From IMG/VR virus record IMGVR_UViG_3300034061_006011: 64,000 bases of DNA; one strand, given 5' to 3'. Shown one piece after another: positions 35,591 to 45,535 of this stretch. The translations under genes and the position numbers were made by a program. The notes under the pieces are model-generated. The model saw nothing but the letters and a program-made list of their open reading frames with translations. It was not told where the DNA came from and did no database searches. How positions within the stretch are numbered: position 1 is the stretch's first letter; every line of letters begins with the position of its first letter. The DNA is from a virus (taxonomy: Duplodnaviria > Caudoviricetes).

Positions 35591-36842
35591 AAGCTGGTTG
35601 TTAAAAGAACAAGAAAACCCAGCACCGGGACCGGAAGCATTGGCTGGATCAGATCCTTCCAGTCTTCCTCCCGAATCGTTTAATAAAACAACTCAGGTAA
35701 GTGTTCCACAGCAAAATCAGCCTATGGATCAACCAACTGCTAATCTTGAAGAACCTAAATCACCAGACATGCCCAAAAGCAAAGACGTGTCTGATTTTAG
35801 TTCATGGAAGAATAAATTCTTCAAAGAAAGTATTAAAAACGATCCCAACACATTATTACAAATGATAAATTCTATAAGAGATGGAGAATTATCTTCTTAT
35901 CAGAAAAAGTTTGTAGAAGACAATTTGCAAATTGTCTTCCTAAGACAAAATGCAAATATTAATAAAGCATCTGGAGAAATGAGAAAGAAAATACGAGATG
36001 ACTTGGATATGGCTAATCCCGGCACATCTCTTGCAAATCACTTTTCTTCTGTTCTAAGCACAATGCCAGAACTTATTAATACTTTTATAAGAATTTCTGG
36101 ACTGGGAAGTAACAAAGCTGATCTTCATAGAAAGTATATTGCATCTCTGATCGGAGCAATTCAAGTTGGATCTGGAGCACAACAAGAAGATATTATTTAC
36201 AACGAAAAAACATTTTCAATTAGAATTTCTACTAGATTTAATAGTAAATTTGGTTTGATTGATGTTGGTCGCTGGACCCTTCAACAAGATGATCCACAGA
36301 AGTATTTGGCTGAACCAGAATTAGAAAAATTAGACTCTGGAGCACCTGAAGAAAAAAGAGTTTTAAGGCATAGAATTATTGTTGAATCAATAGCAAACTC
36401 TTTTGAGAAGAGAGTTTTTGTGACCAATGTGCTTGCTGATAATGGCACTGTTTACTTTGTTGGAATGGATCTGTCAAATATTCTTAGAAGTGGATATGAC
36501 AACGGTGTTTTCAATGTTCAATCATATCAAAATGATGCATCAGAAGCATTATTTGATACAGATGGTAATTTGGTAACACTTCAAGATATAAAAATTCAGT
36601 ATGAAAAAGAAAGTGGAGAAATGGATGAGAACGGTAGTCCTGTGAAAGATAGGACTGAATTCTTAGTCAAGAAGGATGGTATTTTATTCATCAATGCTTC
36701 TCTTGAAACATTGATGGATGCTGCTGGCAATGTCAATGGATTAAATGTCAAAGAATTACCATTTAATGGCAATCCAAGTGATTTGGTTAGTCTAACACGT
36801 TGTGTTCCTTCAGCACCTGAAATTATTTTAAGGAACTGTTGA
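35568..36842 (+). CDS. Hypothetical protein, possible internal head protein
   Basis: 424 aa; N-terminus NLESWLLKE followed by a P/Q-rich linker. Confidence 0.7.
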   Translation: MPNLINLESWLLKEQENPAPGPEALAGSDPSSLPPESFNKTTQVSVPQQNQPMDQPTANLEEPKSPDMPKSKDVSDFSSWKNKFFKESIKNDPNTLLQMINSIRDGELSSYQKKFVEDNLQIVFLRQNANINKASGEMRKKIRDDLDMANPGTSLANHFSSVLSTMPELINTFIRISGLGSNKADLHRKYIASLIGAIQVGSGAQQEDIIYNEKTFSIRISTRFNSKFGLIDVGRWTLQQDDPQKYLAEPELEKLDSGAPEEKRVLRHRIIVESIANSFEKRVFVTNVLADNGTVYFVGMDLSNILRSGYDNGVFNVQSYQNDASEALFDTDGNLVTLQDIKIQYEKESGEMDENGSPVKDRTEFLVKKDGILFINASLETLMDAAGNVNGLNVKELPFNGNPSDLVSLTRCVPSAPEIILRNC

Positions 36843-36843
36843 T

Positions 36844-37347
36844 ATGATATTATTCAATGAATATGTTAACAGGCATCATTTTATGGCGAAGAAAAGACTT
36901 CGCCTATTGAGGCGTGTATTAGAAAAAGACGGTCTTGAAGTTGAAGATTTTACTCATGATAATCAAGACCCTTATATATTTGTTTATTCCTATCCAGTAT
37001 CCACTACGTTCCAAGGTGTAAGATTTTACATGCATGGAGAAATATTAGCTTTCAGGACACAAAAGAAGCCCGAAACGCAACCATACGGCGAAGCTTACGA
37101 ACTTGATGTACAAACAATGTTGGTTGATGTATTTGAAACAGAAGATGACAAATCTGAAAAGCATATTACGAAAATTTTGATGAAGTTGATTAGCAGAGAA
37201 GTTAGAAATCATTTTAAGAAAGAAAAGGTTGCAGAAGAAGAATTATTGACAGGACAGATCAGTAATGCTAAAGATGCAGCTGGACAGATAGTGATTAGAA
37301 ACACAGGAACTGATTACAGTAACACGGTGTTCAGTAAATTCAATTAA
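36844..37347 (+). CDS. Hypothetical protein
   Basis: 167 aa; begins MILFNEYV. Confidence 0.7.
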   Translation: MILFNEYVNRHHFMAKKRLRLLRRVLEKDGLEVEDFTHDNQDPYIFVYSYPVSTTFQGVRFYMHGEILAFRTQKKPETQPYGEAYELDVQTMLVDVFETEDDKSEKHITKILMKLISREVRNHFKKEKVAEEELLTGQISNAKDAAGQIVIRNTGTDYSNTVFSKFN

Positions 37348-37355
37348 GGTGAGAA

Positions 37356-38213
37356 ATGATAAACTTTTTTGATTTTATTAATGAATCAATTCTTGGGAAA
37401 AAGCTTGATGATTTTTTATCAAGCTTTCCTTTTTCAAATAATACAATAATTGTTTTTGATGTTGAGACAACTGGATTTAATCCTCGTTTACCACATGTTC
37501 AAATTACAGAACTTTCTGCCATTCCTGTTGATTTAAAAACTGGCGATCTTGGAGATCCTTTCGTTAGAAATATCAAATTAAATCCTGAAACATTAAAGAA
37601 AATGGAACATGAGAAAGAAAACCCTGTTGTTCAAAAATCAAGAGTAATGTCAGTTGCGGATGTGTTAAAGTTTCAATCATACGATATTGAGTCGTCCACA
37701 CATGATGAAGTTGATGCTGCTGTTGATTTTAAGAATTATGTTGAGTCACATTCAAATGTAATTATGGTTGCTCACAATGCAACATTTGATATGAGTTTTA
37801 TTAATGGTTTATTGCAGAGAGAAGGGATTGATAGAATCAAAAGACCTGTTATTGATACTTTCAAGCTTGCCAAAGTTTATTTAGAACCAATTTTAAACAT
37901 TATGGCATCTGGTGGAGATGCTGCTGGTTTAGCTATTTTGGAGAAACTGAAAGATAAATCTGGATATGTTAGAACAACATTATCATCTTTAGGATCAGCA
38001 TTTGGAGTTGCAACGCAAGGCAGTCATGTGGCAATTAATGATGTAATACAAACTGCAATTTTGCTTAAGAAAATTATTGAATTTATACAGGAACATTACC
38101 ACAAATTGGATCAAGAAGTGGTTCAGTCAGCTTTTGATTCATCCAAACGAAATTGGCAAAAATTTAAAAAGAAAGTTAATCTTCAAAGAAGAGGAATTGA
38201 ACTAAAAAAATAA
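37356..38213 (+). CDS. DEDDh 3'-5' exonuclease (DnaQ-like)
   Basis: VFDVETTG, AHNATFD, SHVAINDV motifs intact. Confidence 0.9.
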   Translation: MINFFDFINESILGKKLDDFLSSFPFSNNTIIVFDVETTGFNPRLPHVQITELSAIPVDLKTGDLGDPFVRNIKLNPETLKKMEHEKENPVVQKSRVMSVADVLKFQSYDIESSTHDEVDAAVDFKNYVESHSNVIMVAHNATFDMSFINGLLQREGIDRIKRPVIDTFKLAKVYLEPILNIMASGGDAAGLAILEKLKDKSGYVRTTLSSLGSAFGVATQGSHVAINDVIQTAILLKKIIEFIQEHYHKLDQEVVQSAFDSSKRNWQKFKKKVNLQRRGIELKK

Positions 38214-38228
38214 ATTTAAGGTAAATTT

Positions 38229-39137
38229 GTGATAAAAATATTAAGAGAAAATTCTTGTTACGAAATAAATAATAATATTCCTTTAGAATATCGTGCTCCT
38301 AAAGAAATTCTTTTAACTGGAGGAATTGGCGATTTAATTGCACTTGATAGTCATTTCCCAAGAATTTGGCATTTTTCTGTTGAAAAAATTGTTTTAGCAA
38401 CAAGGGTCGCCGATTTTGTTTTTAGTTTATACAAAAATAAACTTTTTGGTTTTAAGAATGCAAAAGTAGAAATTATTCGCACAAACTATGCTGATCCAAT
38501 TCATAATATTAATGAGTTAAGAAGAAAAACTAATTATAAAAATTCTCCTAATCTTTTAGATTGTAGCATAGCAAAAATATTTCCATTTATTAATAGAAAT
38601 CAGCTTCCTTATTTCAAAAGTTCTCTTTTTAATATTGAACAAAATTTGGATAAGTTTAATTTGCCAGAAAAATATATTGTTATTTGTCCTATTACAAATC
38701 ACGATAGTATTTGCTCTCGCTCTGGCTCAAATTTAATTCCCAAAAGACCACCAAGGAATTTTGAGAGTGAAGAATTAGAAGCAATAAATTTATTTTTAAA
38801 TAATAAAAAAATTAAAGGAGTTGTTTTGCATAATGATAAGATTGAAAATTTAGATGAAAATAATATAATTAATTTAACTGGTGAAACAAAATTCATAGAG
38901 AGCATAGGCATTATTAATAATGCATCTGGTTTTATAAGTATAGATTCTTGTTTAGCTGTTTTGGCTTGCCAAATATTTAACAAAAATGAAATATTAATTA
39001 AATCAAATAATAAACAATATTATGACAATATAAAACCATATACAAATCCTTTAAATACAAATGAAATGATTGTAAGAAATATTTGTGAAAATAATTTTAT
39101 TTATAAAAAGAGAAATGGACTAATAATAGTTCGATGA
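38229..39137 (+). CDS. GT9-like glycosyltransferase
   Basis: GGIGDLIAL; NLTGETKFIESIGIINNASGFISIDSCLAVLA. Confidence 0.75.
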   Translation: MIKILRENSCYEINNNIPLEYRAPKEILLTGGIGDLIALDSHFPRIWHFSVEKIVLATRVADFVFSLYKNKLFGFKNAKVEIIRTNYADPIHNINELRRKTNYKNSPNLLDCSIAKIFPFINRNQLPYFKSSLFNIEQNLDKFNLPEKYIVICPITNHDSICSRSGSNLIPKRPPRNFESEELEAINLFLNNKKIKGVVLHNDKIENLDENNIINLTGETKFIESIGIINNASGFISIDSCLAVLACQIFNKNEILIKSNNKQYYDNIKPYTNPLNTNEMIVRNICENNFIYKKRNGLIIVR

Positions 39138-39985
39138 TAAAATTAAAACATTGTAATTTTAACAGTTGGTATAATTGTTTGCAAAATAAAGAATTTATTT
39201 ATTCAAACGAAGGAATCGGAGATACAGTTATTAGTGTAAATTTCGCCAAACATAGAAATACAGGAATAATAAGATATTACGACAATGATTATAGAAATAA
39301 ATTTATTGATGAATATTGTAAATTAATCGGTGTTTCCTATTACTTGATTGATAGAAAAGAAACTGATGCAATAATAAAAAATAATAATTATAAAAAAATA
39401 TATCAATTTAATTTTCATAATCATTACAACATACCAAACAAAGACGAAATAATGAGTAGCATTTACATGATGAATCATGGATTCATTAAACAAAATGATT
39501 GCGATCCAAACACAATTTTTATTTGTCCTATGGGATCAACTAATATCGATATGAGAAATAGAAGATTTATGGATAAAAATTATTTTTATCCAATGGTTGA
39601 AAATTTAATAAGAAAAAACAATAAAATATATTTTGTTGGAATAGAAAAAGATATACAAGAGTACGGATTTATAGATGGAACTAAATGGATTAATACAAAT
39701 TATATTATTCATAATTCAAATGACAAAGAAAAAATAAATATTTCTACTTTTTTACAAATGGTTGCAAATGCTAAATTAGCAATTGCTGCACCAACATCGT
39801 TTCCATTAATTTCTTCAATGTTTGCTATTCCGACACTAACTCTGCATAGATACAATGCTTCCAATCACCCAGTGACAAGTAATGGAAACGATAATTTTCA
39901 TTATCATTTTTATAATACAAAATGGTATAAAACTTTAAGAATGGTTTCTTACCAAGAAATAATCTCTCATATAGACAATATGTAA
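39134..39985 (+). CDS. Divergent GT9-like glycosyltransferase
   Basis: EGIGDTVIS; IFICPMGS; FLQMVANAKLAIAAPTSFPLIS. Confidence 0.55.
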   Translation: MIKLKHCNFNSWYNCLQNKEFIYSNEGIGDTVISVNFAKHRNTGIIRYYDNDYRNKFIDEYCKLIGVSYYLIDRKETDAIIKNNNYKKIYQFNFHNHYNIPNKDEIMSSIYMMNHGFIKQNDCDPNTIFICPMGSTNIDMRNRRFMDKNYFYPMVENLIRKNNKIYFVGIEKDIQEYGFIDGTKWINTNYIIHNSNDKEKINISTFLQMVANAKLAIAAPTSFPLISSMFAIPTLTLHRYNASNHPVTSNGNDNFHYHFYNTKWYKTLRMVSYQEIISHIDNM

Positions 39986-40002
39986 ATCAAGAAAGGTCTG
40001 TA

Positions 40003-40611
40003 ATGTTACTTATTAAAAGGAAAGAATTAAAAAGATTTGATCAAATTTTTAATAGTATTCAATCTGATTTTGAATTTTGCCTTATGGGAGAAGGTAAAAC
40101 AAAAACTGTATATGATGAATTTATAAGTATTGGCAAAAAAGGAATTACTGCTGAAATCGGCGTTTTCATGGGTTTTACATCAAAAGTCATAGCCCTTTCA
40201 AATGGCGGAAGTACACATTTTTGCTACGATACCTTTGAAGGAATAGCACATGTTAATTCCCAAATTGATGTCCACCAAAATGGAGAATTTTCTTGCAGTC
40301 TTGAAAAAGTAAAACAAAGTATTAATTTGCCAAATGTTATATACAAAAAAGGAACATTTCCAGAAACATTTGCAGAAAGCAATTTAGAATTTATATTTGT
40401 ACATAGCGATACTGATACTTATCATGGAACTAAAACAACATTTGATAATTTTGCAGAGATTATGTGTATGGGTGGTAAAATGTTATTTGATGATTATAAA
40501 TGGAAAAATTGTCCCGGCGTAGAAAAAGCTGTACATGAATTTCTAAATGTAAATAATAATTTTTCTTTTAAAGAATTTACGCACCAATGTGTCTTGACAA
40601 AAATCAAATGA
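40003..40611 (+). CDS. TylF/MycF-family O-methyltransferase
   Basis: AEIGVFMG, YDTFEG, KGTFPETF, VHSDTDTY, GGKMLFDDY, PGVEKAVHEF. Confidence 0.88.
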   Translation: MLLIKRKELKRFDQIFNSIQSDFEFCLMGEGKTKTVYDEFISIGKKGITAEIGVFMGFTSKVIALSNGGSTHFCYDTFEGIAHVNSQIDVHQNGEFSCSLEKVKQSINLPNVIYKKGTFPETFAESNLEFIFVHSDTDTYHGTKTTFDNFAEIMCMGGKMLFDDYKWKNCPGVEKAVHEFLNVNNNFSFKEFTHQCVLTKIK

Positions 40612-40641
40612 CAGAACTTTTAACATTCTGTCATTTGATTT
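40601..40641. terminator. Bidirectional terminator-like 16-bp perfect inverted repeat
   Basis: AAATCAAATGACAGAA-N9-TTCTGTCATTTGATTT between convergent genes. Confidence 0.7.
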
Positions 40642-40659
40642 AAAATTATAATTATCCAA

Positions 40660-40788
40660 CTATCCAGCTATCCAGCTTTTAATTTTTGTAACAGCAAATT
40701 CATACATCATTTTAACCCACATTGGCTGAGGAATAAGATTCCAACCAACCAACAAACCACAACCGAACCAAAACATTGCTTCCATCAT
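40660..40788 (-). CDS. 42-aa membrane peptide (not in ORF track)
   Basis: MMEAMFWFGCGLLVGWNLIPQPMWVKMMYEFAVTKIKSWIAG; GGAGG RBS. Confidence 0.7.
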   Translation of the reverse strand: MMEAMFWFGCGLLVGWNLIPQPMWVKMMYEFAVTKIKSWIAG

Positions 40789-40841
40789 GGTACACCTCCA
40801 AATGTATATATTATTACTCCTTTATTTTCTTCTCAAATCAA

Positions 40842-42251
40842 TTAACGGCTAACAGTTATTGAAAACGGTATTGCGACAGAATTCAAACTAGGATTTTGAT
40901 TAAGTTTTTCAGTTTCATTGACACCAATTTTGAAATTAGTAGTTTTATGAAATGGGGAATGAAACTTGTAATTTTGTTTGATATGAGAAAATAAAAATTC
41001 TTCACCAAATGATGGTCCGTCTGTCATATCTTTAGAAAAAGAATATCCTAATGCTCTATCAACTGCGTCTCCTATTCTATATTGATATAGGTCTGACCAA
41101 GACATTACATCTTCTTTGTTCATTGGTCTGTCATTTCTTGCAATTGTAACAAAGCCTGAAACAGTTACTTTGCCTGATTGATCATAATCTATTTTTTTGA
41201 AAATTATTTTTGACTGTTCAGCGTTTTGACCCCATGAAAGCGATGCACCCGTAAATCTGTTTTTAAATGCATTAATTGCTCTATTTTCTTGTGCGCTTTG
41301 TGATTGTACTTGTTGTACCTGTGCATCAGGTATAGCTGAATCACCAGCATTTTGAGGAAGCGCACCAATCGCACCAAGACCTAATGCTCCAGCAAGAGCA
41401 ATATTTCTTCCCTGCCTTGCAGCAAAACTAGCTAAATCACTAACCATATTCTTCAATGAAGAATTGGAAGATCTAGCTAAAGAATTGCTAAATATTTTCT
41501 TGACAGACTCGCCACCAGAAGAAAGAGCTTGTTTTACTTTCGGTTCAAGTTTAGTAGCAATGTCTTTCTCTTCATTGTCTAATAATCTAATTTCTATTTT
41601 TTTGTCAGCCTGATTAAGCTCACTTACGTTCCTTATAACTTCTTGTTTAAATATTTTAAAGAATGTCTTAGTAGTGTTTAAATCAAAACCTTTTGTAATT
41701 TCATCTTTAAAAGCATCGACGGCTTTTGATAAAACATAACCAGAATTATACATACGATAAACTTGGAGTGCTTGGTATGGAATTTCAAAATAATAGTTCA
41801 GAATGTCATTTATAGTATTCTTATCATACTTGTTTTGCTCAAACTGTTTTCTTAATGTTTCTTTCATGTGAATTAAAGATAAAGCATTTCGTGCAGAATT
41901 GGCAAATTCTTGTGTATCTTGTACTGTTTTTAATATCGTTACTATTCCTGTAAATATAGTTTTAGGACTAAAAGTAAGAGCAGCATCCACTAGTTCAACA
42001 ACATTGCCTCCCAATTTTTTTGCACCAGTACCAGCAGCAGCAGTTGTTATATCAGCAGCATCTCTACTTCCTGCGCTTGAACCTGTTAAAGCTCCAAATA
42101 CTGGTCGGAATCTGTCCAATAAAGATTCTTTCAAAATAGATTCTGATCTACTAAACCAGTCTACTATAGCTTCCATGTAAATGACATCTTCTGTCAATAC
42201 ACTAATTCTTTCCTGCTCTACAAAAAAACTCTTAAAAGATTTGGTTTTCAT
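40842..42251 (-). CDS. Hypothetical protein with capsid-targeting-like start and internal hydrophobic segment (start revised to MKTK)
   Basis: MKTKSFKSFFVEQE; RNIALAGALGLGAIGAL segment. Confidence 0.7.
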   Translation of the reverse strand: MKTKSFKSFFVEQERISVLTEDVIYMEAIVDWFSRSESILKESLLDRFRPVFGALTGSSAGSRDAADITTAAAGTGAKKLGGNVVELVDAALTFSPKTIFTGIVTILKTVQDTQEFANSARNALSLIHMKETLRKQFEQNKYDKNTINDILNYYFEIPYQALQVYRMYNSGYVLSKAVDAFKDEITKGFDLNTTKTFFKIFKQEVIRNVSELNQADKKIEIRLLDNEEKDIATKLEPKVKQALSSGGESVKKIFSNSLARSSNSSLKNMVSDLASFAARQGRNIALAGALGLGAIGALPQNAGDSAIPDAQVQQVQSQSAQENRAINAFKNRFTGASLSWGQNAEQSKIIFKKIDYDQSGKVTVSGFVTIARNDRPMNKEDVMSWSDLYQYRIGDAVDRALGYSFSKDMTDGPSFGEEFLFSHIKQNYKFHSPFHKTTNFKIGVNETEKLNQNPSLNSVAIPFSITVSR

Positions 42252-42259
42252 TGTTGTCC

Positions 42260-42535
42260 TTAAGTACATTCAATCATTTTTCTTTCGCCGTTTTCAATTA
42301 TTTCTATATATTCACGCCAACTTAAAGTTTTATGCCTTCTGATAATTTTTATTTGACCAGCATGAACTTTTCTATGACAGTTAGAACACAATAAAACGCA
42401 ATTTTCATGGTCATATGTGCCTTTATTTGCCCCTTCATGAATTCTATGAATGTCTAAGGTAGCAAGATTGCTCTCACCACATAAAACACATTTTCCTCTA
42501 GACAATTTGTATGTTTTTTTGTTTTTAATTCTCAT
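42260..42535 (-). CDS. HNH endonuclease
   Basis: CVLCG...DIHRI...GTYDHENCVLLCSNCHRKVH. Confidence 0.85.
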   Translation of the reverse strand: MRIKNKKTYKLSRGKCVLCGESNLATLDIHRIHEGANKGTYDHENCVLLCSNCHRKVHAGQIKIIRRHKTLSWREYIEIIENGERKMIECT

Positions 42536-42579
42536 AGTTTAACTAAATAAATGTATAACAATTTATTTATGGGTAAAAC

Positions 42580-43545
42580 ATGAAAAAAGAATTATTAGAT
42601 ATCATGGAATCAATTAAATCAAAATTGAATGAATTAGAATCGAAAATAAATTTAATTGAAGAAACACAACCAACTGCTATTGTTCCAGAACCAATTCCAG
42701 AACCAATTCCAGAACCTGTTCCAGAACCTGTTCCAGAACCTGTTCCAGAACCAATTCCAGAACCTGTAGTAGATCCATTATTGCCTTTGAAGAATTTTGT
42801 TAATTTACAAGAATGGGTTGAAGCTGTTCCTCCAGACCTTATTTGTGACGAAACAAGCCATGAAGACAAAATGGATAGAGCAAGAGGAATTAGAGATATT
42901 TTTTATTCTGGATATGCTTTTGAAGGAAAGAAAATATTGGATCTTGGGACAGGCTACGGTCATTTAGTAGAAGCAATCACAGAAAGAAATCCAGCTTTTG
43001 TTGTCGGATATGATATAAGAAATGAGTTTCAAGTTGGAAACAAAAGCAATTCTTTGCTCACAACTTCTTGGGACGATGTAGTTAACAATGGTCCTTATGA
43101 TTTGATTTATCTTTATGATGTTCTTGATCATGTGGAACATGATTCTCCAACAGGAGTAATGAACGCCGCAAAATCGGTTCTCGCTGATAATGGTGTTATC
43201 AGAATACGTTGCCATCCACTGATTTCAAGACATGGCGGTCATACTTACAATAAAGTAAATAAATCTTATGCACATCTAATTCTTACAAGAGAAGAATTGG
43301 CTTCATTAGGTCATGATTTTAAAAATTACCCAACACAAAAAGTTATATATCCAATGAAAATGTATCGAGGACTTATTGCTGGTGCTGGATTAAAAATGAT
43401 TTCAGAAAATGTTGTGACAGAACCAGCAGAACAATTTTTCCTTCAAGGAGAATCAGCCGAAAGAATAAAAAGAAACTTGGGAATTGGCAATCTTCTAATC
43501 CCACAAATGGGAATGCAATTTTTAGATTATACTGTAAGTAAATAA
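42580..43545 (+). CDS. Class I SAM-dependent methyltransferase with N-terminal coiled coil and PEP linker
   Basis: KILDLGTGYG; YDLIYLYDVLDHV. Confidence 0.85.
   Translation: MKKELLDIMESIKSKLNELESKINLIEETQPTAIVPEPIPEPIPEPVPEPVPEPVPEPIPEPVVDPLLPLKNFVNLQEWVEAVPPDLICDETSHEDKMDRARGIRDIFYSGYAFEGKKILDLGTGYGHLVEAITERNPAFVVGYDIRNEFQVGNKSNSLLTTSWDDVVNNGPYDLIYLYDVLDHVEHDSPTGVMNAAKSVLADNGVIRIRCHPLISRHGGHTYNKVNKSYAHLILTREELASLGHDFKNYPTQKVIYPMKMYRGLIAGAGLKMISENVVTEPAEQFFLQGESAERIKRNLGIGNLLIPQMGMQFLDYTVSK
42685..42768 (+). repeat. 7 x 12-bp repeat encoding PEP(I/V)
   Basis: CCAGAACC(AATT/TGTT/TGTA) units. Confidence 0.95.
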
Positions 43546-43583
43546 TTAATCACAAAAAGAGTATATAATACAAGGAGGACGCT

Positions 43584-44183
43584 ATGGCTGATATAGTCAC
43601 TGGTCTTGGAATACAGATATTTGACAAGACATATACCGGAAGCGACACTTCCAAAATAGCTAATGTTACTTCAGGAAAACTTCTTGTTGATGCAGGAATT
43701 GTTTCTGTTGTCAATTCCGGTACTCAATTAATAGCAGGCACACAAAATGCTGGTACAGTCTACACAAGTGGCTTAATAACCGTTCAAGGCACTACATCAG
43801 GCGTTCAACTACCTGTAACCATTGGCGAAATAACATCAAATACAATCGCTGTCTATAACACAGCAGCTAATGTTACAACTACATCAAGCTCAATCGTTAC
43901 CTATTATGACGTAACAGCGGGAACTACTTTTTACTTAAAAGAAATTATCGCAAGCGCATCTTCTGGTCCAGTTAAAGTGATTGTAGAATACGCAGCAGCT
44001 GCAACCGGAGCTTCTTCTGGAACTTATGCAGTTGGATTCTTCTCATCAGCAAATCCAACGATTACAATGCCATTTTACCAGCCTATAGCCGTAACTGGTC
44101 CAATATACCTAAGAGTAACAATGAAGAACGATTCAGCGTTTACTCAAGATCTTTATGCAACAATAATCGGTAGAACTATATAG
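43584..44183 (+). CDS. Hypothetical protein, probably virion structural
   Basis: T/S/G/A-rich beta-type sequence; TATATA then AGGAGG RBS. Confidence 0.7.
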   Translation: MADIVTGLGIQIFDKTYTGSDTSKIANVTSGKLLVDAGIVSVVNSGTQLIAGTQNAGTVYTSGLITVQGTTSGVQLPVTIGEITSNTIAVYNTAANVTTTSSSIVTYYDVTAGTTFYLKEIIASASSGPVKVIVEYAAAATGASSGTYAVGFFSSANPTITMPFYQPIAVTGPIYLRVTMKNDSAFTQDLYATIIGRTI

Positions 44184-44187
44184 TTCT

Positions 44188-45204
44188 ATGTACATTCAAT
44201 ATCTCTTGAATTTAAACACAAGTGTAATCCGTTATAATGGTTCAGGTCAATTTGAACTAGTTGGTCAAGCATTAACAAATTTAGTAGATTCTTTCAATGG
44301 ATCTGGATCATTTGAAATGTTCGGCAGTGCAGCAGAACAAGCTCTTAAATTAAAATATATATCTGGAGGTTCTTTTGAATTATTTGGATCTGCTCCACCA
44401 AATATTCCAGTAAAATACACAGACGCAGTAAAATTCTTTATAAATCAATATGGAACCAATTACGCAAATCAAAAATTCAGAATTGTACAAATAGGCGGAA
44501 GTCCAACAAATCCTGTCTACGTTGCAGTTAACGAAGAAGGAGCACAAAGCTTTAGTAACAACACACTATTCAGCGATTCTGAAATAGTAAACGTATTAAC
44601 AAACAAATATGCAAATGATATTCAAAAATATCATGATAAAATTGATTATATCAACCAAAAACTTAACACCATTCCTCTGCCAACAGATGAAAATAACTTG
44701 ATGTCTCTTAAGTTCAATTTAAAAGATTACTTTACTGATAAACAAAATGAAAACAACCAAATAATATCCATATTTGGATTCTCAAATTTTCCTAATTATA
44801 ATAGTGAAAAACAAACAGCAACTAATTCGGAAGCTTTAACTCCAACAGAAAACGTAGGATATAGAACAAATGTTTATGATAAAGCAATAAATAAGTACAA
44901 CAATAAGATAAGCGAGATTAATCAAAGACTTTCTGGCTTGACTCCACCGACACCAGAAAACAATTATACAAATTTAAAATTCACAATAAATCAAGACCTT
45001 TTTGGATATAATAAATATGAACCAATAGAAGTGATTGCTGGAAATATAAATAACAAATATTATGTTACTGATCAATCAGTGTACACCCAAGAAAATGCTT
45101 TTGATCCTGTTGATAAGAATAAATATCTCAAAATTAAATATGAAAATTTGTTAGATACATACATAAACAAACTTGATAAAATAAATGGGAGGCTAGATGC
45201 CTAG
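44188..45204 (+). CDS. Hypothetical protein with internal repeats
   Basis: Three (Y/F)xxSG.FE(L/M)xGxA repeats and three KIxxINxxL repeats. Confidence 0.65.
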   Translation: MYIQYLLNLNTSVIRYNGSGQFELVGQALTNLVDSFNGSGSFEMFGSAAEQALKLKYISGGSFELFGSAPPNIPVKYTDAVKFFINQYGTNYANQKFRIVQIGGSPTNPVYVAVNEEGAQSFSNNTLFSDSEIVNVLTNKYANDIQKYHDKIDYINQKLNTIPLPTDENNLMSLKFNLKDYFTDKQNENNQIISIFGFSNFPNYNSEKQTATNSEALTPTENVGYRTNVYDKAINKYNNKISEINQRLSGLTPPTPENNYTNLKFTINQDLFGYNKYEPIEVIAGNINNKYYVTDQSVYTQENAFDPVDKNKYLKIKYENLLDTYINKLDKINGRLDA

Positions 45205-45535
45205 TTATACTGCAAGCGGTGGTTTAAAAGTAGGCATTTGTTCAAAGTATTGGATGACTAAAAATTATCCATACAAATGGAGACCCGGAGATGTTTTATT
45301 CTCTAAACAAAAAGCATTAGTAGGTCAATTTGAAAAAGTTGCTATTAAAGATGTAAGAATTATTATGAATCAATCAACAGTTGGAAAATTGTTTTTCATT
45401 TATGTTGATAGCCTCAATTCTTTGTGGAATGAAAATGATCTTGTTCAAGAATATGATGCTTTGTTAATGGCTAAAATGTATTATGAAAAGAAAATAGCAG
45501 AAACAGTTAGCGCAAGCTATTGTTGCAATCTTTAA
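45197..45535 (+). CDS. Hypothetical protein
   Basis: 112-aa ORF with GGGAGG RBS, overlapping the previous stop. Confidence 0.65.
   Translation: MPSYTASGGLKVGICSKYWMTKNYPYKWRPGDVLFSKQKALVGQFEKVAIKDVRIIMNQSTVGKLFFIYVDSLNSLWNENDLVQEYDALLMAKMYYEKKIAETVSASYCCNL

Noticed and set aside
42260-42535. HNH gene as the homing partner of the intein or the FkbM cassette
   Set aside because: No sequence link to either site; small free-standing HNH genes are common in phages
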